Source of the DNA: Desulfatiglandales bacterium | GTDB taxonomy: Bacteria > Desulfobacterota > DSM-4660 > Desulfatiglandales > Desulfatiglandaceae | Assembly (NCBI GenBank): GCA_963662465.1 | Contig: OY759599.1 | Span: 160,001 to 224,000 of the forward strand | Length of the DNA: 64,000 nucleotides | Direction: 5' to 3' | Shown: in pieces, positions 8,383-18,936 of the stretch | Numbering within the stretch: the first letter of the stretch is position 1 | Layout of the letters: each line of letters opens with the position of its first letter | The notes under the pieces: generated by a model | What the model was told of the DNA's origin: nothing | The model's input: the letters and a program-made list of their open reading frames with translations, nothing else | Database searches by the model: none | Position numbers and translations under genes: made by a program

Positions 8383-8398
8383 GTTGACAGATGTCAAC
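8383..8398 (-). promoter_or_regulatory. Palindromic operator overlapping the -35 of the TA operon
   Basis: GTTGACA-GA-TGTCAAC perfect palindrome that contains TTGACA. Confidence 0.65.
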
Positions 8399-8424
8399 TT
8401 TATTGTTGCGGGTTTAAAAAAAAA

Positions 8425-11140
8425 TTACCATTTTTCAAGCAGGACGCCTTTTTTCTCCATTTCGTTCAAGACAACGGAACAGCTATCCCAGTCAAAATCC
8501 GCCACCCGGTTGTATTTTTCATCAAAGGGGTGTTTGGGGTGAACGGATTTTATCAGCTTTTTGGCTTCATCGATTTCTCCGTTGGCCACATCGATCCAGA
8601 CATCCTCCAGGATATCCGGAATCTGGCCGAATAGCCCGAAGATGTCTTCCAGACGGCTTGACAAAAGATCGTGGACGCGGTCTTCCACAGATCCCTTGTA
8701 GCGCATGTTGTAAACATAGATTTCATCGCGCACCTGGCCGATACGTTGGATACGGCCTTTTCTCTGTTCCAGCCGCGTGGGATTCCATGGAAGGTCAAGG
8801 TTGATGAGAGTCCCTAACCGTTGCAGGTTCAATCCTTCACTTGCTGCGTCCGTGCCAAGGAGCAGGCGGAGTTCGCTTCTTCCCACCTTCTGCTTTATTT
8901 CATCCCGTGACGTCCGCTTGAATTCTCCATTTCGTATGATCCCTGAATTTCCACCCCCGGCATAAACCCCGATGGCCTCTTCCGGAAGGTCTGCGGAAAG
9001 CTGCTGCGCCAGCCACCAGATGGAATCGAAATACTGCGAAAAGACGATGCAGCCCAATTCAAGCCAGCCTTTGGAGACCAGATAGTCGAATACCTTTTGA
9101 TATTTCGGATCACGATCCTGATTGGCTTCGAGGGCCTTGAGGCAGCGATTCAGTTCATCCCTTTCTACTGCGGTAAGGTCCTTCATGCTGCCACCAGGAG
9201 TCTCATGATGAAACGCGGCGTCATCATCTTCTTCAAAAAGGTCGGCATTGATGATCCTGCTTTCATCGCCCCACTCGGTCAGCATCTTCTCGGTTGTCTG
9301 CCTTCCTGCGTATATGGTACTCCCGATCCTTCTCAGAAGCAGGGTTTTCAGAAATCCGGCTCCTTTGGCCCTCCGGCTCAACAGGGTGCAAAACGTCTCG
9401 GCTGCCTGGTAGGCGTCATTCCGATACGGCGGCAAAGGGACGGCATCGTCCGGATCTTCACCAAAGAGTCTCACTCTTACGGGCTTGAGATAAGGTTCTC
9501 CGGTGGCCGGATCGATGGTCTCCTCAAGAAACTGCCGGGTTCTTCTGACAATGTGGCGAATAAACGGATTGTGCTCTCTCCCAAATCCAGGAATCACACT
9601 CCTGAGACGCGTAATTTCGGGCGGACGCAGACGTTCCAGGCTGTCGCCATCGGCAACCGGGTCGTCATCTGCAAGCCCTAATTTTTTTCCTAAGATTCTT
9701 GAAAGCAATCCCTTCAGACGCGGGGGGCATTGGGTTTCGAATCCATCGCCAGGCATCCCCCAGTTCCCCGGGGATGTCCGTTTCGCCCATCACTACGGGG
9801 ATAGCCTTGTCCGGTTTGCTCCATTCGCTCCATTCCGTTCCTAACACCCTGTCATTACCTTTTGCCAGGATACGGAGGAGGTCCCAGGCCTCGATGGGAT
9901 GAAGCTGAACCGGGGTTGCGGTTGCCAGAAGGAGGCTCTTAGTGCGGTGGCTGATCTCCCACAAAAATCGCATCAGGTTGTTGGGGTCGGCCTTTTCATA
10001 AACGCTCTGAGGGTTGACCTTGCGTCGCCGCGCCCGGTGGGCCTCATCCACAATCACGCATTCAAACCGCATGCTCTTGAGGTACTCCACAATTTCAGAA
10101 CCCGACGTGATGAGCCCCTGAGAAATGATCCCCACCTTCCTGGGACATTTTCGGATGGATTCCGGGCCGTGTGCGGGATGAACGATTCCCTGTTCATCGA
10201 TCCATTCTTTCCCTGTCCAGACTGCTGAAGGCATGCCCAACAGATCAATCAATTCGTCCTGCCACTGCAAGGTAAGGGATTTCGGAACAATGATCAGGCA
10301 GGGCCTTTCTCCATGAAGGGCCATCAGCATGGCGCTCAAGGCCAGTTGAATGGTTTTACCCAGCCCCACCTGGTCAGCCAGTACAAAGCGTGCACCCCCC
10401 TGCAAATGAGCATCGTAGGCCAGTTTGATGAAATACTTCTGATGTGCCCACAGACCGTATTCTTTTCGATAGACCGGCGTTTCCACGGCCCCCGAGGCCG
10501 GATCGCTTTCGGGATCATCCTTCCAGTCAACAACCGAAATTTCCCGTCGATTGGCCAGACGCTGAATGTCGGATACCACAAAATCACTCAGTGGGATCGC
10601 CGCAGGATGAAACCAGAGCGCGTTAAATTCCTCCTCTACCCATTTTATGGCTTCTTCGGAATCATCCTCCCACACCAGTTCATAGTTGAGCTTCCATGCG
10701 GAGAGGCTTTCGTTGGTGCTCCCCATAAAGCTGGTCTTCCGGCCATTTGCATATCCAATAATTCCTGCCTTCCCATGAATGAGCCCAAAGGCTTGATCCG
10801 GCAGAACCTTGACCGCCATCTTTCCGGAAATCAGCAGATCATAGAGACGCTGAAACCGTTCTTTGGTGTTTGCAGGGAGTTTTTCCGGTTCACCCCCGCA
10901 CCATGATTTGCGCAAGGCTTGCTGGGCGGCCTTGGCAGTCAGTACATCCCGTTCGTCAATATCGGAATTGCAGACCACCCGGATCTTTCCATTCAGATTC
11001 TCCAGGTGTTCACCGGCGATTTCAAGGAGGGATGAGCGAAAATATCCGGCAATCCGGTCGTAGGATACCGCGCCTTTTAGACGCTCATGGATAAAGGAGG
11101 CATCGAGGTTCTGCCGTCTGGAGGAAAATCGTTGAATCAT
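8425..11140 (-). pseudogene. PLD-nuclease + SNF2 helicase anti-phage protein, frameshifted at ~9685
   Basis: IHGKAG/GSTNES PLD motif, LADQVGLGKT, VDEAH, TATP, SEGLNLQ, LEQRKGRIQRIGQ. The two ORFs join across an A7 run (LRKK|LGLADDD). Confidence 0.88.
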
Positions 11141-11154
11141 TCCGCGTCATCCTT

Positions 11155-12762
11155 CTACAGTATCCCGGCATGATCGTTTGCCACGGCTCCGGCCAACCTT
11201 TGAGCAGCATCTGCATCCTTTTCCCAGTGGGGCATGTGGGTAATGTGGGACAAAGCGGCCAGGTAATTGAGTACGGCTACGATCTGTTTGCGCTGCTGCC
11301 AGTAGGTGGGCACTTCCTCCCGCAGCCAGTTCAACCCCTGCCGGGCGTCGTCGGTACGAACCGTCTCGTGGATGGCAAAGAGGATGTTGCGCAAAGGGGT
11401 GCCGCCGAATTCCCCATTTCCCAAAACGGTTTTCTTGAACTCGGACCTGGTTTTGAAACGGACCGCATTGGCTTTGGCCTGGGGTAGAGTCCAGTATAAT
11501 CCTTCACCCCAAATCCCTTGGCCAGCTCCTGATAGGCCCCGGCCCGCGCCTCCATGTTTTTCTCTAATTCCAGTCCTTTCAGATACAGCCGTTCCGGGGC
11601 CGCCAGGGTTTTCCAGTATCGGGTCTCCAGCCCTTTTGGAACAAGATGATCCGAAGCGATCTCCACGGCCCGGTTGATGACCTGCTCAAATGCAGATGGC
11701 TCTCCGGCCTGCTTGTGCCGGAACAGCTCATGGCGGATGTCATGCCCTTCAATATCACTGTAGCTGGTGAGCACTCGAAGGGCCGCCGCATAGGCTGCCA
11801 ACTGATAATCGGTATCTGCAAAATTGGGATCTTCTTTGTCATCCAGGGCCAACATCTGGTCCAGTTGACGGCGGACTTCATCTTCGATTTCAGGGTAGAG
11901 TTCATCGAGGAAGGCGGTATCGCTTGCAGTGCGTTTACGGAGGATGAGGAGGACTGTGCCCTGAACGTAGTTGCCCTGTTTCAGACCTGATGTGGTTTCT
12001 GTTCCGATGGTCCACGCGGCTGTCACCCTGAGACCTGCAGCCCAGAGGATCATTGCCAGATCGGCCCAGACAGAGGCATCCTGGTGGGTGAACATAACGA
12101 GCTGGAGACCATTATCTGGCATATGGTTGGTGAGGTTGGTATAGGATTCAACCATAGCGCGTTTGAAATCACCACCGGAACCTCGAATAGCTAATGCTTT
12201 TTTGGTGTCCGTGTACCAGTTTGGGAAGGCTCTGGGAAGATGTTTTTCGTACCACGCGAGAAAGAAATCCGTCAATTCATGATAATTGATAGCATCCGCG
12301 TAAGGGGGGTCTGTAATCCAAAGATGACTATTCCCTCCCACAATCCTGGCGTCATCTAACTCAATTGTAATCTTTGTGTGGATCGGATAATCAGGAATAT
12401 TTTTACACCAAAGATTGTTCGTCTGTGAAAGTCCACGTGTTCCGAAATTATAGAGAGTGTTAAAGGCTTGATTTGAGAATACTTGTTGTACCATATCTCG
12501 ACTTGAATCCAGCCGAGATAACCTGCAATCCCAATCGTTGACCCTTGAGCCAGCCAACAAACCATAAACGAATTGCGCCATATTATTGGATTGAGCTCTC
12601 GTCAATAATAGCCCATGCATCAGCAACTGCCTCGGATTAAACAAATGATGCCAATGGGTCCAGCCCCTTGTTCTGATGGGCTCCTCTGTTTTATCTCCAC
12701 CACGTTCAATCACTCGACTCGGAATAAACCCCTTCTCCTGCCACTCTGAAAACCGTTCCCTC
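11155..12762 (-). pseudogene. DUF1156 adenine methyltransferase of the restriction-like system, 5'-truncated and frameshifted at ~11484
   Basis: ITDPPYADAINYHEL motif; RGWTHWHHLFNPRQLL; C-terminus continues in another frame (QAKANAVRFKT…); the N-terminal half is missing. Confidence 0.85.
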
Positions 12763-14046
12763 TCACGGTCAAGTCTGCGTGGCCATGGTAACCGGCATTA
12801 TGTTCCAGGTTCTTCAACTTTACAGGGTTTGTAAATTTGCTAAGGAAACCTCAGTCCTGGATATTATTTTTCCGAATATTGCCCCTAATGAATACTTTGA
12901 TGATCGGCTGGCCGACACCTTGGATGCGATATTCAAGTATGGCATCGGCAACCTGGAAATTCTTTTGACTCAGAGAATGATCAATGTATTCCAAATCATC
13001 AATGATATCTGTCACAATGATACCACTTCGGCATCCGTTTATGGCCAATACAACAAAAACAAAATTGCAGACAGTATCAAAATCACTTTTGGTTACAGCA
13101 AAAAGCATCGCCAGAATCTCAAACAATTGGTTTGGTCCTTGTCTGTAAGCTCCGATAGTGCGTTCCCGTTGTTTCAAAAAGCTTACAGTGGCAACACGTC
13201 TGATGTGGATACCTATGTTGAACAATGGCAGAATCTCATTGATCTTTTAGGGTATCGAGATTTCCTTTATGTTGCTGATTCAAAGATCATCACCAAAAAA
13301 AACATGGCTCATATCCACAACAACGAAGGATTCTTCATCGCGCCGGCTCCGATGTATGCGTCGTATAAAACGGCTTTTTATAACGCCCTTGATCAGCATG
13401 ACCATGAAGTCCTTATTCCTTACAAAAACCAGATCAACTTACCACTTACAAAAATGCCAAAAGAGGTCGTCCGGCAAAAGGCAAAAAGCATGAAAAAATA
13501 CCGGTTGTCAAGGATCATTTCAGCGTGAAACTTGTTTTCAACGAAACAGCTTTTGAAACGGCTCTGTATCGATGCGGCTATTATCCGCTGATAACGAATA
13601 AATCCGAAGACGATCTATCCATTCAAGATGCAATGATGGCTCACAAGAATCAGTACAAAAGTGAGCATACCAACCGCAGAGCAAAAAGCGGTTACAACCT
13701 TGAACCAATTTATCTGCATACCCCTGAGCGAATTGAAGCGTTGCTGTTTCTTTTCAAAATTGCTTTGCAAGTCATTGTACTCATCGAAAGAACAGCCAGA
13801 AAAAATATCGACGAAAGAAACAGAGGGCTCGACAACTTCATGCCCAACAAAAGGGACGTTCGCAATCCAAGAACAGAATATCTCCTGCGCGAATTTCAGT
13901 ACGTAGTAAAGGGCGATATGATCCTTCCCGACGGAAAACCATACGGCTTTATTTCAAAACTTACTGAGTTACAGCAAGACATACTCTCAATATTGGAAGT
14001 CCCGGAAAAATGTTATTCATATGAACATATCTTCAATTCTTCCTAA
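12761..14046 (+). pseudogene. IS1634-family transposase remnant (N-terminus lost, internal deletion, frameshift)
   Basis: FDDRLADTLDAI, HNDTTSASVYG, ITFGYSKKHR, SGNTSDVDT, YVADSK, LEPIYLHTPERIEAL; probable right end GCGAAATGCAAG at 18886-18897 beyond the IS21 insertion. Confidence 0.85.
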
Positions 14047-14363
14047 AGTAACTGACATCAAAAAACCCTTTATACACCGCCGGCGCAATTTTTTGATATT
14101 GACTTGGGCGCTAACCAAAATGGAACCAGTTTTGCTACTCCAAACGGAACCAGATATTGCGCACTGGTCTTTTCCTTTTAGAAGGGTTTTCTTGTAAATT
14201 TGTTAGAGGTTGCATGAAAGAGTATATCAGATGGTATTTTAAAAATGCTGGTGAGACACGTAGCGTTCTGGTTGAAGAATCAGTGATGAGGATACCATCA
14301 ATATGGTGATGGCAGAGAAGAGGGGATTAGATTTTTCGGTTAAGGGCAATGCTTATTGAGGAA

Positions 14364-14561
14364 CTATTTGTCTATGTCATAGTCGTCCGGTAAATTCAGG
14401 AGGCCTCCCTTCGCCAATTGATCCTCAATCAAATATCCAATTTCCCCGTTTTTTTTCAGCTGTAGAATCATCCATTTGGGGAGACGAATGGTGAGCAGTT
14501 CACGTCTCAAATGTTCCGGTTTCTTTCTTCGGCCGGCGCCTACCCGTTTTCCACCTCTCAT
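14364..14561 (-). CDS. Small DNA-binding protein (RGGKRxGAGR + ribbon-helix-helix-like)
   Basis: MRGGKRVGAGRRKKPEHLRRELLTIRLPKW. Confidence 0.6.
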   Translation of the reverse strand: MRGGKRVGAGRRKKPEHLRRELLTIRLPKWMILQLKKNGEIGYLIEDQLAKGGLLNLPDDYDIDK

Positions 14562-14602
14562 TTCAAGCTCCGAGACAAGGTAATTTCTGATATTCGTGTA
14601 AC

Positions 14603-14652
14603 GAGATTCAAACAGACCGGTGAGATTCAAACAGACCGGTGATATTCAGACC
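14603..14652. repeat. 19-bp tandem repeat
   Basis: GAGATTCAAACAGACCGGT x2 plus a partial third copy, between istB and the small gene. Confidence 0.85.
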
Positions 14653-14678
14653 TCAAAACCGGCCCTTTGGCGAACATC

Positions 14679-15398
14679 TCATTTTCTGAGGGAAGGACCA
14701 TCAATATGAATGTTGATGCAGCGATGGTTGAGACGATCCAGCAAGGCATCGACCATGTCCTTTGGTTCAAGCAGCGAATACCATTGTTCAGGTTGAAGAT
14801 TGGTCGTAATAATTGTGGACCGACCGGCTTCATAGCGATCTTTCATGAGTTTAAAAAAGGCGTTCATCTGCTCTTTTTTGAGGGTCAGGTATCCCAGTTC
14901 ATCGAGCAGAAGCAGGTCATATCTGCAAAGGGCATTGAGGAGTTTCGGGGTGGACCGATCTGCCAAAGACGCATAGAGCTGATCCAGCAAATCCTGAACA
15001 TTATAAAAACGCCCCCGGTACCCGGCAATAATGGCTTGACGAAGGATCCCCACGGCCAATCCCGTTTTGCCGACGCCGGTTTTTCCATGGAACACGATGT
15101 TTTCTCTTCGGCTGATAAAGTCAAGGCCGGACAACGTCATGATCCGGCTCTTCTGTATTCCCGGCTGAAGATCAAACGGAAAGGAGTTGAGGGTCCATTC
15201 CCATGGAAGCTTTGCAATCTGGACCCGATAGATCATGCTGCGCTCCTGCCGGAAACGTAATTCCTCAGCCAGGAGATTGTAGATGACCTCGTGAATGGAA
15301 AAACCGTTCTTTTCAGCCGAAGCCAACTGTTCTTCGAGAGCCTTCAGCATGCCTTTAAACTTCAAATCAATGAGTAACTGTTCAATTTTCTTTTTCAT
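14679..15398 (-). CDS. istB: IS21 helper ATPase
   Basis: GKTGVGKT Walker A, LLLLDELGY Walker B, STIITTN, ALLDRL. Confidence 0.95.
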   Translation of the reverse strand: MKKKIEQLLIDLKFKGMLKALEEQLASAEKNGFSIHEVIYNLLAEELRFRQERSMIYRVQIAKLPWEWTLNSFPFDLQPGIQKSRIMTLSGLDFISRRENIVFHGKTGVGKTGLAVGILRQAIIAGYRGRFYNVQDLLDQLYASLADRSTPKLLNALCRYDLLLLDELGYLTLKKEQMNAFFKLMKDRYEAGRSTIITTNLQPEQWYSLLEPKDMVDALLDRLNHRCINIHIDGPSLRK

Positions 15399-16777
15399 AG
15401 ATCAAAAAAGTCTCCCGCGATATAATCGAGAATAATGTTTTCCAGACGCGACAAATCAAAAAGTCCATATTTAAGCGCCTGTGTTATGGCTTTCAAAAAA
15501 GGTTCCCCGGGATAAGTGCGTTTCAGATGAAGCAACCGACGTAACTTGACCACACCGCGACCGTGACTTCTTTTCTTCAGTTCAGCCACATACTCATCCA
15601 GGATGGCATCCTCTCCCGTCAACAGCTGTTCTTCTTTTGAAGGGATTCGGGGATCTTTTTTTCTTCGAATGGGAACATGGTGACCGGGCAGGGTTGTTCG
15701 GGTGTTGCGTTTATCCAGTATGCGGTCATGTTCCGCCACTTTTGTGTTTTTGTCGTAAACGATGACCTTGAGCCAATGTTTCTGTACTTCCAGGGAGTTC
15801 CCAATCAGCGCTTCAGGGACTGAATAGCGGTTGGTGTCCAAGTGCACATATCCCTGAACATCGGCTACCCTGTGTTCTGCCACATAGACTGGCGGCTGGT
15901 ATGCCGGTAAATCAATGAGATATGGCTTTTCAATGACATAGGCCTCATCCGGCGTCATCCCTAAAGCCCGTTTAAACTTTTTATCGCTTGTATTCCGGCA
16001 CCAGTCGATTGCCTGCCGGTTCAAATCCTGCCAGCTAACAAATGTTCTACCGGGAAGAAAATTGTTTTCCACAAAATGAAAAGGCCTTTCCACACGGGCA
16101 CTTCGATTGGCGTCTCCTACAGCATGGGCCTCAAACCGGGTTCCATACATATCGCCGAAGTATTTCATTTCAGGCGCAATCAATGCATCAGGCCCGGTGC
16201 CGCCGGCCACAATAACATTGGTGTTGTCAACCATGCACCGGGAACACACCCCGTCCATAAACTCGAATGCTTTTTTTAGGAAAACCTTGCACTCAAACCG
16301 GGTAAAACAGGGGTAATACTGAATAAAAATCCTTCGGCAAAAGGCCAGGGTCAGGGACGCGCACTGGGTCGACATTTTTTTCCCATTAATGACAACCAGA
16401 TGGGGTGACGTATCATGCTGCATCTCCTGACCGGGTTTAAAATGGTATTGGCCCGCCCGTCTTTTTTTACGTTCCCGGATCTCGTACTTTCTCATAATCC
16501 AGGTCAGACTCTGATAAGGGATTTTGATCTGTTGGCGGCTTTCCAGTTCCTCGGCTACTCGCACGGCATTTCCTTTACATTCCTTGAAAAGCTCGCGGAT
16601 CAACGGGACATGTTCTTCATACCGGGAGTTCCTTTGGGGTACCGCCTCTTCGTCATGATCATCTAAAACCTTCGTGACGGTATTGCGACCGGCCTTCAGG
16701 GTTTTGGCGATGTCGCGCAAACTCATGCCGGTTTTTTTCAATTCCACAATGGCATCTTTTTTGGATTGTCGGATCAT
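15395..16777 (-). CDS. istA: IS21 transposase
   Basis: N-terminal HTH, PGQEMQHD, MVDN, ARVERPF, YVHLDTNRYSVP; overlaps istB. Confidence 0.93.
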   Translation of the reverse strand: MIRQSKKDAIVELKKTGMSLRDIAKTLKAGRNTVTKVLDDHDEEAVPQRNSRYEEHVPLIRELFKECKGNAVRVAEELESRQQIKIPYQSLTWIMRKYEIRERKKRRAGQYHFKPGQEMQHDTSPHLVVINGKKMSTQCASLTLAFCRRIFIQYYPCFTRFECKVFLKKAFEFMDGVCSRCMVDNTNVIVAGGTGPDALIAPEMKYFGDMYGTRFEAHAVGDANRSARVERPFHFVENNFLPGRTFVSWQDLNRQAIDWCRNTSDKKFKRALGMTPDEAYVIEKPYLIDLPAYQPPVYVAEHRVADVQGYVHLDTNRYSVPEALIGNSLEVQKHWLKVIVYDKNTKVAEHDRILDKRNTRTTLPGHHVPIRRKKDPRIPSKEEQLLTGEDAILDEYVAELKKRSHGRGVVKLRRLLHLKRTYPGEPFLKAITQALKYGLFDLSRLENIILDYIAGDFFDL

Positions 16778-17658
16778 AATTGGGTCGCTTTCTTGAGTTC
16801 CAGTGCTTGTTTTTCTATCTTTTTCACCCAGGTTTTGAGCGTTTGTTTCTTCAACTGATCGCTTTTTGGGTAATGGACATGCGAAACGGTTTTCACCAGA
16901 CGTTTGAGAACCGCATATACCATTTCAATATCCTTGAACCATTTGCCTTCCGGTCCATCATGAACTTCTTTGGCTTGTTTAGACTGGGTTCTTTGTTCGA
17001 GAACTTTTATGAAAAGGGATGGATTTTCCAGCATGTGGTCTCGAACAGACCGGTTGCTTTTCTGGTAATGTGCGTAGAAACGGGCCAGTTCCCTTGTGGA
17101 TAGAGGTTCTTTTTCCAGGTGGGCCAACAGTTTTTGTGCGTCTTCACCGTTGGCGCGCGCCAACGGCGCCATGACACGGCCGGCAGCCCAGGTTGAAAGT
17201 GAGCCTGCAATCACGGTTCTCAAAATATTTTCCGGCAGGGCTTCAACCAGGTCCAGCCGCCGTTTTACAAAACTCTTGTCGCGCCCTATTCGGGTTGCAA
17301 TATGGGAGAGGCTGCACCCAAAACGCCGATGTAATTCCTGAAGTAAAACAGACTGCTCAATGACTTCCCATTGCCGTTCATTGGCCTTGGTTAAAAGCGA
17401 AAACATGGCATTTTGTTCGTTTTCTTTTGAGAATTGGACACATATCCGGTCCTTTCCACAAGCACAAAGCGCTCGAACACGCAGGTAGCCATCAATCAGA
17501 ATCAGTTTGTCTTTTTCTTCAATAGCCAGGGCCGGAACGATCTGCCCGTAAGTTTCGATGGAATCCCTCAATCGCTTTAAAGCCTGGTGATTCATTATCC
17601 GGCAATGAGCGTAACGCAACTCCAGCAAATGAATATCAACGGTTCGGATGGATTCCAT
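16774..17658 (-). CDS. ParB/Srx-like N-terminal domain + HTH protein
   Basis: LRDSIETYGQIVP…LIDGYLRVRAL ParB-N motif; HTH SLSHIATRIGRDKSFVKRRL; ATGA overlap with istA. Confidence 0.85.
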   Translation of the reverse strand: MESIRTVDIHLLELRYAHCRIMNHQALKRLRDSIETYGQIVPALAIEEKDKLILIDGYLRVRALCACGKDRICVQFSKENEQNAMFSLLTKANERQWEVIEQSVLLQELHRRFGCSLSHIATRIGRDKSFVKRRLDLVEALPENILRTVIAGSLSTWAAGRVMAPLARANGEDAQKLLAHLEKEPLSTRELARFYAHYQKSNRSVRDHMLENPSLFIKVLEQRTQSKQAKEVHDGPEGKWFKDIEMVYAVLKRLVKTVSHVHYPKSDQLKKQTLKTWVKKIEKQALELKKATQL

Positions 17659-18055
17659 ACCCAGTCTCCCGAAAGATTTCCTCTATGGTTTCTCCAAGAC
17701 TGACCCAATTTCCTTGCCGGATCTCCTTTACCTGTTTCACAATCACAGGACGTCTGGGAAGCGAAAGAACCTGAAACAGACGGCCATCAAACCCAATCAG
17801 ATCCTTGTCCAACAAGCCATCGCGGGCATCGATATATTGATCCAAATGCACCTTTAAAATCCGGCAGATTCTGTCGTAACCATAATAAGAGAGCCCGTTT
17901 TTGTCAGATACCAACACCAGAAAAATGTAGAGCAGCAGCTCATGATGATTCAGGCTCTCCCAAAAGCCGTTTCTCAAAAAACGATGCTCCAGAAAGCCGA
18001 AGCTTCCATTGATGACACGCACTCTTTCGGGAAAAAGGACTCTTTTTTTGATCAT
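17636..18055 (-). CDS. Winged-HTH-like hypothetical protein
   Basis: HELLLYIFLVLVSDKNGLSYYGYDRICRIL…ARDGLLDKDLI; AGGAG RBS. Confidence 0.7.
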   Translation of the reverse strand: MIKKRVLFPERVRVINGSFGFLEHRFLRNGFWESLNHHELLLYIFLVLVSDKNGLSYYGYDRICRILKVHLDQYIDARDGLLDKDLIGFDGRLFQVLSLPRRPVIVKQVKEIRQGNWVSLGETIEEIFRETGYGIHPNR

Positions 18056-18067
18056 TTTTTTCTCCTG

Positions 18068-18511
18068 TCATGGATATGGGGTTTTCTCAAAGCCTGTTAC
18101 ATCTGAAAAAACCCTCCCTGCATAAGCACGGCGAGGAAAATGGTCCACAACAACCCCGATCGACCCGCAAAAAAGACAGCTGGGTCGGTTCCCCGACCGC
18201 TTTTTGGGTTCAATATCACAGTCTTTTTGAGGTGTTGAACTATCATCACCAGGGTTCAGTCCATTTTTTTTGGATTTTTTTGTTTTTTCGTACAAACGAC
18301 GGCGCTCTTTCCCTTTTTTCGAATTGCGGTATTTCCCCTGAGCTTTCCGGTGCAGCTGTCTTTGGCGTATCCTGCGACATCGTTCCCCACAATAGGCCTG
18401 GCCACGCCAACACGACCGACAGACGTGAAAAAAGCAACCACAACATCGGCATTGAACCACTCTTAAAAGGACATCTCCCATCATTCCGGCCTTGCAATTG
18501 GCCGGAAACAC
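18068..18511 (-). CDS. Cys-rich (Zn-binding) basic hypothetical protein
   Basis: CRCCG..CRSCWRGQAYCGERC and C-terminal CLFCG; start may be 18487. Confidence 0.7.
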   Translation of the reverse strand: MFPANCKAGMMGDVLLRVVQCRCCGCFFHVCRSCWRGQAYCGERCRRIRQRQLHRKAQGKYRNSKKGKERRRLYEKTKKSKKNGLNPGDDSSTPQKDCDIEPKKRSGNRPSCLFCGSIGVVVDHFPRRAYAGRVFSDVTGFEKTPYP

Positions 18512-18560
18512 ACTTATATAAAATTGGCGTGTGTGTGGCTTCCGGCTCTATCCGGTGGTC

Positions 18561-18596
18561 AAAAAAGAAGGCCCGAAGCGGCTACTTCGGGCCTTC
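18561..18596 (-). terminator. Intrinsic-terminator-like hairpin in the leader of the IS21 operon
   Basis: GAAGGCCCGAAG-N6-CTTCGGGCCTTC followed by a T-run on the minus strand. Confidence 0.55.
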
Positions 18597-18936
18597 ACCA
18601 TCCATTCTACAAAGTAAATCGCATTTCCACTTAACCAAGCCTCTGTCTTGGAAGAAGAAAACCAAATCCAAAGAAAATAGATTTTATAAAAATTTATTGA
18701 AAAGTAAATCTACATCAACGACTCCTTTGCCGCCACTTATGGATCCCTCATCGTCCGCTATACCTGAGGGCCGTACTCACTGGCGGTGACAGTCAATGGT
18801 TCAATTTCCATTAGCAAACTTGGTTCAGTTTTGATTAGCGTTGAAGTATTGAGGATTAAAAAATTAAAACGTCGTTTTTTAAAGAGCGAAATGCAAGTTT
18901 CAACATAACAAACAAAGGGATAAATTGTACTATTCA

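Larger units (their letters stand above)
14103..18846 (-). mobile_element. IS21-family element with four accessory genes
   Basis: ~50-bp imperfect terminal IRs, each with two GCTA..AA..GAACCA repeats; 6-bp duplication TATTGA (14097-14102, 18847-18852); istA-istB inside. Confidence 0.85.
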
